The notes below the pieces were generated by a model that was not told the DNA's origin, searched no databases, and saw nothing but the letters and a program-made list of their open reading frames with translations. Made by a program: the position numbers and the translations under genes. From NCBI GenBank assembly GCA_902761695.1, contig CACWLT010000006.1, positions 1 to 58,092 on the forward strand: a stretch of 58,092 nt of DNA, in the 5' to 3' direction. Below, one piece after another: positions 36,171 through 46,072 of the stretch. Origin of the DNA: an uncultured Ruminococcus sp. (GTDB lineage: Bacteria; Bacillota; Clostridia; Oscillospirales; CAG-272). Within the stretch, counting starts at the first letter, position 1. Every line of letters begins with the position of its first letter.

Positions 36171-37418
36171 ATGGACATGGAGAGGAAAGCAGTGAAACAG
36201 GTCATTTTGCGGTTTATGGCATGCAGCGATCTGCACTACAAGAACGATCCCGCCTGCCGGGAGAAAAAGCGCTTCGAGGAGGGGCTCCGCCAGCTGTATG
36301 CCTACGCGGATTCCCAGCCGTACAAAGCCGTAGATGCGGTGTACATCGTTGGGGATTTCACCGATCAGGGCACCATGGAGCAGATGACGCTGGTGAAGGA
36401 GTCCCTGGACCGGGGACTGCGGCCGGGAACGGAGGCGGTGCTCTGCATGGCGTCCCACGAATACGGCGGTCCGGGCGGACAGACGGGGGCGCGGGAGCGG
36501 TTCGGACAGATCTTCGGGCAGGACGCGGACACCCATCGCGTCATCCGGGGGTTTCACTTCATCGCCGTGTCCACGGACGAGGACTGCCGGTTCTGGGAGC
36601 CGCAGGTTTCCTTTGCCGCCGGAGCCCTGGAGGCTGCGCACGAGGATGATCCCCGGCGGGCGGTCTTTTTCTTCCAGCATCCCCATCTCACGGACACGGT
36701 GTACGGAAGCATCGTATGGGGGGAGCGGGACCTGAATCCGACCCTGTACAACTATCCGCAGGTCATCGATTTCTCCGGCCACTCCCATGTTCCGATCAAC
36801 GACCCGCGCTCCATCCATCAGGACTATGTCACGTCGGTGGGCACGGGAACCTTCAGCTATTTCGAGATGGACGAGTTCGACAAGATCTGCGGTACGTTTC
36901 CGCCCGACGCTGGGGAGGCGGCCCAGATGCAGATTGTGGAGGCCTTCGACGACGGCAGCGTGCTGATCAAGCCCTGGGATGTGCTCACGGGGCAGCCCTT
37001 CCACGAAGGATGGACGGTGGAGCGGCCCTGGGATCCGGCGTCCTTCGTCTACACGCGGCCCATCCGGTACCGGTTCGCGGAGAATCAGAAGCCCCGGTTC
37101 CCGGAAGGCGCGGTCCTCACGGCGGAGCAGACGGAGGCGGGCTTCAGGCTGACCTTCGATCACGCGGAGAAGGTGATGGGATCGGACGGCAGGGAAGAAG
37201 ACGTGGACGACTACGTCATTACGGTCCGGGACGGGGACGGGATCCTGTGCCGCCGGTTCGTGATCTGGTCGCCCTATTACCTGACGCGGCGGCCGGAGAA
37301 GATGAGCTACGATTTCCCGAAGCTGAAAAAGGGCGTCTACACCGTGGCGGTGAAGGCCCGGGGTTTCTGGCGCAACGAATCGGAGGACTGCCTCAAAGCG
37401 GAGCTGATCGTTGAGTGA
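36171..37418 (+). CDS. Calcineurin-like metallophosphoesterase with a C-terminal beta-rich domain
   Basis: FMACSDLH, VGDFTDQG, SHEY, FFFQHPH and FSGHSHVP motifs. The true start may be the GTG at 36192 (GGAGAGGA upstream). Confidence 0.7.
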   Translation: MDMERKAVKQVILRFMACSDLHYKNDPACREKKRFEEGLRQLYAYADSQPYKAVDAVYIVGDFTDQGTMEQMTLVKESLDRGLRPGTEAVLCMASHEYGGPGGQTGARERFGQIFGQDADTHRVIRGFHFIAVSTDEDCRFWEPQVSFAAGALEAAHEDDPRRAVFFFQHPHLTDTVYGSIVWGERDLNPTLYNYPQVIDFSGHSHVPINDPRSIHQDYVTSVGTGTFSYFEMDEFDKICGTFPPDAGEAAQMQIVEAFDDGSVLIKPWDVLTGQPFHEGWTVERPWDPASFVYTRPIRYRFAENQKPRFPEGAVLTAEQTEAGFRLTFDHAEKVMGSDGREEDVDDYVITVRDGDGILCRRFVIWSPYYLTRRPEKMSYDFPKLKKGVYTVAVKARGFWRNESEDCLKAELIVE

Positions 37419-37598
37419 ACTAATCTCAATCTAAAAGGGAAACGCGGCTTCTTGAAAGAAGCCTGGCAAGAACTTTCAAAATACCCTGGTGCAGCTTCCT
37501 CTCAAAATGCAGCACGGGGTAACGTACAGCGCATTTTTCAGGTTCTGCTTTTTCACACGCCTTTATCAGATTTCCCTTTATAGCTGAGACAAGTATGA
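37416..37598 (+). mobile_element. MITE-like TIR repeat, copy C (183 bp, compact form)
   Basis: TGAACTAATCTCAATCTAAAAGGGAAACGCGGCTTCTTGAAAGAAGCC… where the TGA is the upstream stop codon. Same 27-nt core. Right end TTTCCCTTTATAGCTGAGACAAGTATGA is the inverted left end. Confidence 0.8.
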
Positions 37599-37657
37599 TT
37601 TGGCGTCCCCGCGCGGCGAGTCGGCCGAAAGAATAAAAAACGGAAAGGATCATACCC

Positions 37658-39313
37658 ATGAACAAAAACACCTTCTGCAATCCGGTGAACATCAACTATC
37701 AGTATCAGCACTACTTCAACGGGCGGGAATCTGCGGATCCGGCGGTGGTGCTGTTCCGGGGGGAGTACTTCCTTTTCGCGTCCCACGGCAGCGGGTACTG
37801 GGTCTCGGGGGATCTGGTGAACTGGGAATTCATCGAGGTGGATCTCGAGAAGCAGCCGCAGTTCCGGCTCTTCGCCCCGGCCACGATGGTGCTGGGTGAC
37901 CGGCTCTATCTGGCGCACTCCGAGGGCGGGGACATGATGTACTCCGAAAATCCCCGGGATCCGGATTCCTGGGTCAATCTGGGCCATCCCTACGTCTGGA
38001 ACGATCCGGCTCTGTTTCTGGACGACGACGGCAAGGTATACATGTTCGACGGGCTGAGCAATGTTACGCCGCTGCGGGTAGCCCGGCTGGATCCGGACAA
38101 CGATATGGCGCTGCTGGAGGGGCCTGTGGACATCTTCCAGTCGGACAAGGACAGCCGTGGCTTCGAGCGGCTCGGAGACTGCAATGAGATCAACGACCGG
38201 AATCCCTCCCTCGAGGGGCCGTGGATGTTCAAGGCGGGTGGGAAATACTACCTGACCTACGCCGTGCCGGGAACGGAATTTTCGTCGTACTGTGACGGAT
38301 GCGCCGTGGCGGACGAGCCGATGGGGCCCTACCGCTTCTGCGAGAGCAGCCCTTCCGTCTACAAGGCTACGGGATTTATGCGGGGCGCGGGGCACGGATG
38401 TCTGTTTGCCGACAAAAACGGGAACCTCTGGAAGATGGATACGGTCTCCATCAGCGTGAACCACCTCTTCGAGCGCCGCCTCTGCCTCTTCCCCTCGAAG
38501 ATCGGGGAGGACGGGGAGCTCTACACCAACACCGTCCGGGGGGACTATCCCATGCGCATGCCCCACGCGGTGAAGGATCCCTTTGACGAACTGGACGCGG
38601 GCTGGCAGCTGCTTTCCCTCGGCGCGGCGTCCGGGGCCTCCTCCGTGCTGGACGAAGAACATGGTCCGGAGAAGGCGGCGGACGAGAACATGAAGACCTG
38701 GTGGAGCGCTGCTACCGGCGATCCCGGCGAGCGGATCTCCTTCGATCTGGGGCGGACGGCGGAGGTCCGGGCGGTTCAGGTGAATTTCGCCGATCAGGAC
38801 ACGGAGCGCGTCACGGGGCGGCACAACGGCTTTTCTTGGCGGTATCTGATCGAGGCGTCGGAGAACGGGGCGGACTGGTTCCCCCTCGTCGACCGGCGGG
38901 ACAACGATGACGACCGGCCTCACGAGTATTTCGAGCTGGAGGAAGGGAAGCGTCTGCGGTATTTCCGGCTGACCAACTGCGGCGCGGTCCCGGCGGGCGG
39001 TAAATTCGCCGTCAGCGGCTTCCGCGTGTTCGGACCGGCGGAGATCCCCGCGCCTGCCTCCGCTCCCGTCTTCCGGGCGGAACGCTGTGAGGACGAGCGG
39101 GACATGCGGGTGAGCTGGGATCCCGTGGAGGGGGCCGAGGGCTATATCATCCGCTGGGGCGTCAACCCGGAGGAGCGGAACACCCACTGGCAGGTGATCG
39201 GGGACTGCGCGGCCGTGATCCGGTGCCTGACCCGGGGCGTGCGGTATTACGTTTCCGTGGACGCCTACAACGCGGGCGGTCTGATCCGGGGAACAGAGAC
39301 CGTCCGGGTCTGA
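37658..39313 (+). CDS. GH43 glycoside hydrolase with a C-terminal discoidin (CBM32-like) and Fn3-like domains
   Basis: ADPAVVLFRGEYFLF, NDPALFLDDDGKVYM and EGPWMFKAGGKYYLTY (GH43 propeller motifs); WWSAATGDPGERISFDLG…VQVNF (F5/8 type C-like). Confidence 0.75.
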   Translation: MNKNTFCNPVNINYQYQHYFNGRESADPAVVLFRGEYFLFASHGSGYWVSGDLVNWEFIEVDLEKQPQFRLFAPATMVLGDRLYLAHSEGGDMMYSENPRDPDSWVNLGHPYVWNDPALFLDDDGKVYMFDGLSNVTPLRVARLDPDNDMALLEGPVDIFQSDKDSRGFERLGDCNEINDRNPSLEGPWMFKAGGKYYLTYAVPGTEFSSYCDGCAVADEPMGPYRFCESSPSVYKATGFMRGAGHGCLFADKNGNLWKMDTVSISVNHLFERRLCLFPSKIGEDGELYTNTVRGDYPMRMPHAVKDPFDELDAGWQLLSLGAASGASSVLDEEHGPEKAADENMKTWWSAATGDPGERISFDLGRTAEVRAVQVNFADQDTERVTGRHNGFSWRYLIEASENGADWFPLVDRRDNDDDRPHEYFELEEGKRLRYFRLTNCGAVPAGGKFAVSGFRVFGPAEIPAPASAPVFRAERCEDERDMRVSWDPVEGAEGYIIRWGVNPEERNTHWQVIGDCAAVIRCLTRGVRYYVSVDAYNAGGLIRGTETVRV

Positions 39314-39345
39314 CTGCAAGGGAAGGACAGAAAGGAGGCGGGCAT

Positions 39346-40380
39346 ATGATCGGATTCAACTACGGCAATCCCATGGCGGACAGGCCGGTGACGCCGGAGA
39401 GGATGCGCCGGGTGCGGGCTATGCTGGACACGCCGGTGAAGCGGGGGGCCGTCATGGAGTTTGACGACCGGTACACCGACTGTCCCTCCGTGTTCCGGCA
39501 CGGGGACCGGTGGCTCATGACCTTCATCGCCATCGCGAAGGACACGGGGATCTCCGGCTACGAGACCCATCTGGCGGAATCGGAGGACCTTCTGCACTGG
39601 CGGTACGTCGGTCCCCTGCTCCGGCGGGACGAAGGGCGCGTGTGGGATTCCAGACAGATCGCGGGGTACGCCGCCCTGTACGATACGGCCGTGGACGGGG
39701 GATGCCGGCTTTCCACCCACGGCGGGCGGTACTGGATGACCTACCTGGCCGGATCCAGCGACGGCTACGAGCCCGATCCCCTGCTGATGGGCATCGCGTC
39801 CGCAGAAGATCCCGCCGATCCGGATTCGTATCTGCGCTGTGAGCGGCCGATTCTGACGCCCAACGACAAGGACGCGCGGTTCTTTGAGACAAAGACCCTC
39901 TACAAAAGCGCCGTGGTCCGGGATACGGATGGGCTGACGGGCTATCCCTTTGTGATGCTCTACAACGCCAAGGGGTACGACGGCCGGGAGCGCATTTACG
40001 AGGCCGTGTCGGAGGACATGGAGCACTGGATCCGGTACGGAAACCGCCCGGTGATCGACGACGTGACGGGGGATCCGGACTGCTATATCACCGCCGATCC
40101 TATGCTGCTGCGGGACGAGGACGGACTCTGGATCATGAATTTCATGAAGTGCAGCAAATCCCGGTCCGCCTTTGACACCTTCGCCTGCTCCTACGACCTG
40201 ATCCACTGGACCGAGTGGCTGGGAGAGCCCACCGCCGCGCCGTCGAAGGACGATCCGGAGGAGGACCTCTACGCCCACAAGCCCTGGATCGTCACCTGGG
40301 AAGGGCATGTCTACCACTTCTACTGCGCCTGCACCGCCACAACCAACCGCCGGTATATCGCGCTGGCTACGGATTTCTGA
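39346..40380 (+). CDS. Beta-propeller glycosidase-like protein (GH43/GH130-clan-like)
   Basis: ORF 39223..40380 trimmed to the ATG at 39346 (AAAGGAGG upstream). Blade-like repeats (CPSVFRHGDRWLMTF, GGRYWMTYLAG, PFVMLYNAKG, GHVYHFYCA). The family call is approximate. Confidence 0.45.
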   Translation: MIGFNYGNPMADRPVTPERMRRVRAMLDTPVKRGAVMEFDDRYTDCPSVFRHGDRWLMTFIAIAKDTGISGYETHLAESEDLLHWRYVGPLLRRDEGRVWDSRQIAGYAALYDTAVDGGCRLSTHGGRYWMTYLAGSSDGYEPDPLLMGIASAEDPADPDSYLRCERPILTPNDKDARFFETKTLYKSAVVRDTDGLTGYPFVMLYNAKGYDGRERIYEAVSEDMEHWIRYGNRPVIDDVTGDPDCYITADPMLLRDEDGLWIMNFMKCSKSRSAFDTFACSYDLIHWTEWLGEPTAAPSKDDPEEDLYAHKPWIVTWEGHVYHFYCACTATTNRRYIALATDF

Positions 40381-40455
40381 CGGGACGCAGCGGTGGAGAG
40401 AGGAAAAGCAGAACCATTGAACCCATATACGGGTATAAAAACGGAGGATGGAATC

Positions 40456-42018
40456 ATGGGAAGAATGATCGTCAAGGGCAAGGAATTTGCCGCCGCGCGG
40501 GTCCTTTGCGGGGACAGCGCTCCTGAGAACTACGCGGCATCCGAGCTGCGGAAATACCTCGCCATGCTGGGGATTCCGGAGGGGGACGGCGCGGCTGTCT
40601 CGATCCGGGAGGACGCCTCCGTCGGACGGGACGGGTACGCGGTATCCGCCGGGGAGGACGGGGAGATCACCATCGCGGGGGGGAACGGACGGGGCGCCAT
40701 CTACGGGGTCTACGCTCTGCTGGAGCGCTGCGCCGGGGTGCGGTTCTACATGCCCGGGGTGGAGAAGACCGGCGGGGACACCGTGGAGGTGAAGGAGGAC
40801 TTCGCGCACACCCCCGTCTTTGAGATGCGGCAGTCCGACTGGAGGTGCGGCAACGGCAGCGCGGACTGGTGCGTGAAGAACGGCATCAACCAGCGGGAAC
40901 TGCCGAAGGAGATGGGCGGGCACATCAAGTACGGCGGGTTCGTCCACACCATGACCGGTCTTGTGGGGACGCCGTGGGATGAGCAGCCCTGCTTCAGCGA
41001 TCCCGAGGTGCTGAAAAAGGCCATTGCCGGAGTCCGGGCCATTCTGGAGAAGGATCCGGACGTGAAGATCGTCTCCGTGTCCCAGAACGACAACCAGAAC
41101 TACTGCAAATGCGAGAAGTGCCGGGCCGTGGACGAGGAGGAGGGCAGCCACATGGGGACCCTGCTCCGCTTCGTGAACGCCGTGGCAGCGGACATCGCGG
41201 AGGACTACCCCGACGTGGTGATCGACACACTGGCTTATCAGCACACGCGGAAGGCGCCGAAAATCACGAAGCCTCTGCCCAACGTCTGCATCCGGCTCTG
41301 CTCCATCGAATGCTGCTTCAGCCATCCGCTGGACGATCCCACCTGCCCGGTGAACGCCGCGTTTTATCGCGACATCGTGGAGTGGAACAGGATCTGCGAC
41401 CGGATCTACATCTGGGACTACGTGACCTGCTTCCCCCACTACATCCCCACCTTCCCGAACTTCGGCGTGCTGCGGAAGAACATGCGCTTCTTCGCGACCC
41501 ACGGCGTGAAGGGCATGTATCCCGAGGGCAACTATCAGTCGGAGCAGTCCGGGGAGTTCGGCGAGCTGCGGTGCTGGCTGCTGGCGAAGCTGATGATGGA
41601 TCCCATGATGAGCGAGGGGGAATACCTCGGTCACATGGACGACTTCCTCGAGGGCTACTACGGCGCGGGGTGGCGGTATATCCGGGCTTACATCGACTGG
41701 ACCGTGTCGGAGGCGGCGGGGGCGCACATGAACATCTGGAATCCGCCCTTCGTCACCATTCCGCGGGAGAAGTACGCCGCCATGGAGGAGACCTTTGATC
41801 TCTGGTGGGACAGGGCGGAGGAGGCGGCCGGCGACCGGATCGAAGCGGTGAAGCGCTCGCGGCTCCAGTGGCGGTACATCAAGCTGATGCTCCATCCGGA
41901 CGCAGAGGTCGGGAAGGCCTTCTTCGAGGAAGTGAAGGAGCAGCGGATCCGGTGGAGAGAGGTCCAGGAGCTTCCGGAGCATCCGGACTTCGCCGCGTCC
42001 CCGGAAACCTGGCGGTGA
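40456..42018 (+). CDS. DUF4838-like protein, cytoplasmic paralog (no signal peptide)
   Basis: ATG at 40456 (ACGGAGGA upstream). Shares SQNDNQNYCKCEKCRAVD, TLAYQHT and CSIECCFSHP with the lipoprotein paralog at 22017. Nucleotide identity appears roughly 85% across the core, by eye. Confidence 0.6.
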   Translation: MGRMIVKGKEFAAARVLCGDSAPENYAASELRKYLAMLGIPEGDGAAVSIREDASVGRDGYAVSAGEDGEITIAGGNGRGAIYGVYALLERCAGVRFYMPGVEKTGGDTVEVKEDFAHTPVFEMRQSDWRCGNGSADWCVKNGINQRELPKEMGGHIKYGGFVHTMTGLVGTPWDEQPCFSDPEVLKKAIAGVRAILEKDPDVKIVSVSQNDNQNYCKCEKCRAVDEEEGSHMGTLLRFVNAVAADIAEDYPDVVIDTLAYQHTRKAPKITKPLPNVCIRLCSIECCFSHPLDDPTCPVNAAFYRDIVEWNRICDRIYIWDYVTCFPHYIPTFPNFGVLRKNMRFFATHGVKGMYPEGNYQSEQSGEFGELRCWLLAKLMMDPMMSEGEYLGHMDDFLEGYYGAGWRYIRAYIDWTVSEAAGAHMNIWNPPFVTIPREKYAAMEETFDLWWDRAEEAAGDRIEAVKRSRLQWRYIKLMLHPDAEVGKAFFEEVKEQRIRWREVQELPEHPDFAASPETWR

Positions 42019-42151
42019 ACGCGGACACGGACGGCGGCGCGGGGGATCCGGTTCCGGAAGGCGGAAGTCACGCCGGGATCGTTCTCCGCGCCGGGAGGCT
42101 TGTCAATAGGAGGGTATTGTATCCGCAGCGGAATAAAGAAAGGAGATCGTC

Positions 42152-43648
42152 ATGACCGAACTTCAGAAGCGCGCCCTTTCCCTGATTCTCGTCCTCGCCC
42201 TTGCCGCGCCGGGGCTGACCGCCTGCAGCGAAACGCAGCCCGAAGCGCAGCAGCAGAACGCCGTCTCCCCGGCCGCGGAGGAAGCGGTGACCGGGACGCC
42301 CGAGACCGAGCTCACCCGGGAGAACACGCCGGATACCCTGCCGGACGATCTGGATTTCGGCGGGGAGACCTTCACCATCTACTACTCGAACGGCTTCAAC
42401 TGGTCGGGGCAGATCGAGGGCGGGGAGGAGCTGACCGGGGACGTGGTGCCCGACACGGTGATCCAGTGCAACCAGTCCGTGGCCGAACGCCTCAACATCG
42501 ATCTTGAGTACTATCCCGAGAATTCCGGCGACTGGAGCACCATCAACACGCTGGTCAGCAATCTGATCATGGCAAACGACGCCACCTACGACGTGTTCAT
42601 GGGCGAGCAGTACGGCCTGACCCAGACGGCGGTCAAGGGCTACTACCGCAACGCGCTGGAGCTGCCGTACTTCGATTTCGATCAGCCCTGGTGGAACGTC
42701 ACCTTCATGGAGAACCTCCAGCTGACGGACGACTACCGCATGTTCCTGACGGGGGATTTTAATCTGACCACCCTCTGCCAGCTCTTCGTGCAGTACTACA
42801 ACAAGGCGGTCTACTCGAATCTCTTCGGCAATCCGGACGATCTCTACCAGACGGTTTTGGAGGGGAACTGGACCATCGACAAAATGAGCGAGCTGATTGC
42901 CTCCTCCTACATCGATCTGGACGGGAACGGAAAGCTCACCCCCGAGGATCAGCTGGGATACGTGGCCTACAAGACCTTCTCCACCGTGGACCCGTTCATG
43001 TACTGCGCCGACATCCCCTACACCTCCCGGGACGACGAGGGCAGAATCGTCATCGACATGAACCAGGAGCGGGCCGTGACCCTGACGGAAAAGGTGGTGC
43101 ACCTCTTCAATCAGGAGGGGGCCTACACCGAGGGGACTGATTCCTTCATGACCGGGGGAGCCCTGTTCTGCGCCGGGCTTCTGCGGACGGCCGAGAACTT
43201 CCGCGACATGGAGGATGACTTCGGCTTCCTGCCCTCCCCGAAGCTGGACGAGAGCCAGGAGCACTACCGGAATCTGGTGGGGGACTGCAATCTGTTCACG
43301 GTGGTTCCCGTCACCTCGACAAGAGCGGAAATGGCGGGGGCCGTCCTCGAGGCCCTGAACGCCCAGACCTACCGGACCGTTTTGCCGGCCTGGTACGAGG
43401 TCACGCTGAAATGCAAGTACTCCCGGGACCTGATCTCCTCCGACATCATCGATCTGATCCACGATTCCATTTACACGGACTTCCTCTTCGCCTACTCCCC
43501 CATGGTGAGCCAGATGGGGCAGGTCATGCGGGATCTGGTGACGAACAACAACACCAATTATATGTCGAACGTGGCCTCCAAGGAAAAGGCGGCGGCCAAG
43601 TCCCTGGAGCGGATGTACAAGGAGCTGGACAAGAACCGGAATCCGTAA
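42152..43648 (+). CDS. Extracellular solute-binding lipoprotein, paralog 6
   Basis: MTELQKRALSLILVLALAAPGLTACS lipobox; DDLYQTVLEGNWTIDKM and DLDGNGKLTPED motifs. Confidence 0.8.
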   Translation: MTELQKRALSLILVLALAAPGLTACSETQPEAQQQNAVSPAAEEAVTGTPETELTRENTPDTLPDDLDFGGETFTIYYSNGFNWSGQIEGGEELTGDVVPDTVIQCNQSVAERLNIDLEYYPENSGDWSTINTLVSNLIMANDATYDVFMGEQYGLTQTAVKGYYRNALELPYFDFDQPWWNVTFMENLQLTDDYRMFLTGDFNLTTLCQLFVQYYNKAVYSNLFGNPDDLYQTVLEGNWTIDKMSELIASSYIDLDGNGKLTPEDQLGYVAYKTFSTVDPFMYCADIPYTSRDDEGRIVIDMNQERAVTLTEKVVHLFNQEGAYTEGTDSFMTGGALFCAGLLRTAENFRDMEDDFGFLPSPKLDESQEHYRNLVGDCNLFTVVPVTSTRAEMAGAVLEALNAQTYRTVLPAWYEVTLKCKYSRDLISSDIIDLIHDSIYTDFLFAYSPMVSQMGQVMRDLVTNNNTNYMSNVASKEKAAAKSLERMYKELDKNRNP

Positions 43649-43677
43649 AAAAGAACGCATTTTTCACGGCGCCGGGA

Positions 43678-43706
43678 TGGAAAAACAACCGGGGTTGTGC
43701 TATACT
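43678..43706 (+). promoter_or_regulatory. Extended -10 promoter for the GH31 gene
   Basis: TGGAAA at 43678-43683, 17-nt spacer ending TGC, TATACT at 43701-43706. Confidence 0.4.
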
Positions 43707-43767
43707 GGCAGGGAAACGGACGGTGTGAGTGACATACAGCCTCGCCGTAAGCGGGAAAGGAAACGGA

Positions 43768-46038
43768 ATGCAGAACAGAATTGAAATCGAAAAAGACGGG
43801 CGGCCCCTGTTTGCGGCGGCATACGGTCCGGCAGCGGTGCGCCTGACCTACGGGCGGGATCCCGACACGCTGGGCGAATCCTGCATCGTCAAGGCCTCCC
43901 CGGCGGATTTTCCGGACGCGGCGGCGACGGCGGAGGTCGGGGAAGAAAACGCGATTCTCCGGACGGGCGGCTTGGTCGTGACGGCAGAGAGGCGCAGCGG
44001 AGCGGTCCGGATCGAGGACGGGGCGGGAAAGCTGCTCTCGCGGATCCACCGGTTCTCTCTGACGGAATACGACATGCTCCGCACCGTGGGCGGCGATACG
44101 GAAACCCGGCATACCGTGGACGGCGTCCGGGTCACGGTGAAAAACGGGGAGCGGGAATTCTCCCGGAAATCCTGCCACGGCGCCGTGACCTTCGATTTCA
44201 CGGAGGAGGAGACCCTCTTCGGGCTGGGCAGCCACGAGGAAGGATACCCGAATCTCAGAGGACAGTTTGTGCCGCTCTATCAGGAGAACATGCGCATCGC
44301 GGTGCCGGTGTTTGTGTCCACCAAGGGCTACGGGGTGCTTATCGACTGCACCTCCGTCATGACCTTCGACGCCACGGACCACAGGCGGGGGAAGTTCTTC
44401 CTGGATTCCGCCGACGCGGTGGACATCTGGTTCGTGTACGGCGGGGACTATGACGGGGTGTGCCGGGAGCTTTGCAGGCTGACCGGGAGGACGCCCATGC
44501 TGCCGAAATGGGCCGCCGGGTACGTGCAGTCCAAGGAGCGGTACGGATCCCAAAAGGAGCTGATTGACATCGGCCGGAAATACCGGGAGCTGGGGATCCC
44601 CATCGACGTCATCGTGCAGGACTGGCTCTACTGGGACGACGGCATGTGGGGCAACAAGCACTTCAACAAAGAGCGCTATCCCGACCCGCAGGCGCTGACG
44701 GACGAGCTGCACAGAATGGATCTGCGGCTGATGGTGTCCATCTGGCCGAATCTCTCCGGGGAATCGGAGGACAGGGTCGAGCTGCGGGAGGCGGGGCATC
44801 TTTTGGGCGACGGCTCCATGGTGAACGCCTACGACGAGGCGGCCCGGGCCATGTACTGGAAGCAGGCTTACGAGGGGCTGTTCCGGTACGGCATCGACGG
44901 CTGGTGGTGCGACTCCTCCGAGCCCTACGACGCGGTCTGGGGCGGCGCGGAACGGGCTCCCCTTCCCGAGCGGATGGCGAAATCCGTGGGGGAATTCAAA
45001 AAATACCTGGACGACGGGGTGCTGAACGTCTACTCCCTCCATCACTCCATGGGTATGTACGAGAACCAGCGGCGGTGCTCGGACAAGCGGGTGGTGAACC
45101 TGACCCGGTCCGGGTACGCGGGACAGCACCGGTACGGAACGGTCGTCTGGTCCGGGGACTGCTCGGCCAACTGGGAGACCCTCCGGAAGCAGGTGCGGAT
45201 CATGCAGAACTACATCGCCACGGGGGAGGCGTACTGGAACTCCGACATCGGCTCCTTCTTCGCGTCCGGCGGATACGAATGGTTCCGGGACGGGGATTAT
45301 CCGGAGGGCTGCGACGATCCGGGCTACCGGGAGCTCTACACCCGCTGGCTCCAGTTCGCCGCCTTCACGCCCATGATGCGTTCCCACGGCACCAACACGC
45401 CGAGGGAGGTCTGGCGGTTCGGCGAGAGGGGGACGGCGTACCGGGACGCCATCGAGGGGGCCATCCGGCTCCGCTATGCCCTCCTTCCCTACATTTATTC
45501 GGTCCACGCGGCGGTGACCTTTGACGGGATCATGCCGGTGACGCCGCTGGCTCTGGCGTATCCCGGAGACCGGGAGGCGGCGAAGGCGTCCGGGGAATAT
45601 CTCTACGGAAAGTCCCTTCTGGTCTGCCCGGTGACGGATCCCGGGGCGGAGGAGATCACGGTATATCTTCCCGAGGGCGGATGGTACGATTATGAGACGG
45701 AGGAATTTTACGAGGGCGGCCGGTATGTGAAGCTCCCCGTGAGCATCGAGAAGATCCCGCTGTTTGTGAAGGCCGGGGCCATCCTTCCCGTCGCGCCCCC
45801 CGTGCAGTCCACGGCGGAGCTGGCGGGGAAGACCTATGAGCTCCGGATCTACGCGGGGGCGGACGGGGAATTCACCCTCTACGACGACGGCGGGCTGGAC
45901 TACGCCTACGAACAGGGCGACTGCACCGCCGTGACCTATCGATACCGGGAATCCGACGGAGCGCTCACGGAGAGCGTTTCGGGAAAGCCGGACTGGAAGC
46001 ATCCCATCACCGTGCGCAGGATCGGAAAAAACGGCTGA
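43768..46038 (+). CDS. GH31 alpha-glucosidase/alpha-xylosidase
   Basis: ORF trimmed to MQNRIEIEKDG at 43768. KWAAGYVQSKERY, DVIVQDWLYW, GIDGWWCDSSEP (nucleophile region) and MMRSHGT motifs. Confidence 0.8.
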   Translation: MQNRIEIEKDGRPLFAAAYGPAAVRLTYGRDPDTLGESCIVKASPADFPDAAATAEVGEENAILRTGGLVVTAERRSGAVRIEDGAGKLLSRIHRFSLTEYDMLRTVGGDTETRHTVDGVRVTVKNGEREFSRKSCHGAVTFDFTEEETLFGLGSHEEGYPNLRGQFVPLYQENMRIAVPVFVSTKGYGVLIDCTSVMTFDATDHRRGKFFLDSADAVDIWFVYGGDYDGVCRELCRLTGRTPMLPKWAAGYVQSKERYGSQKELIDIGRKYRELGIPIDVIVQDWLYWDDGMWGNKHFNKERYPDPQALTDELHRMDLRLMVSIWPNLSGESEDRVELREAGHLLGDGSMVNAYDEAARAMYWKQAYEGLFRYGIDGWWCDSSEPYDAVWGGAERAPLPERMAKSVGEFKKYLDDGVLNVYSLHHSMGMYENQRRCSDKRVVNLTRSGYAGQHRYGTVVWSGDCSANWETLRKQVRIMQNYIATGEAYWNSDIGSFFASGGYEWFRDGDYPEGCDDPGYRELYTRWLQFAAFTPMMRSHGTNTPREVWRFGERGTAYRDAIEGAIRLRYALLPYIYSVHAAVTFDGIMPVTPLALAYPGDREAAKASGEYLYGKSLLVCPVTDPGAEEITVYLPEGGWYDYETEEFYEGGRYVKLPVSIEKIPLFVKAGAILPVAPPVQSTAELAGKTYELRIYAGADGEFTLYDDGGLDYAYEQGDCTAVTYRYRESDGALTESVSGKPDWKHPITVRRIGKNG

Positions 46039-46072
46039 GGCCGAGGATACAGAAATCAGAAAGGATTTTGAC

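Noticed and set aside
35865-36195. ORFs 35865..36077 and 35941..36195 encoding repeat peptides (RRNARRNARQNARQNARQ / GGTPGRMPGRMPGKVPGRMP)
   Set aside because: The periodicity is simply the 12-nt DNA repeat read in two frames. There is no RBS, and the ORFs span two promoter elements, so they are treated as a non-coding tandem array.
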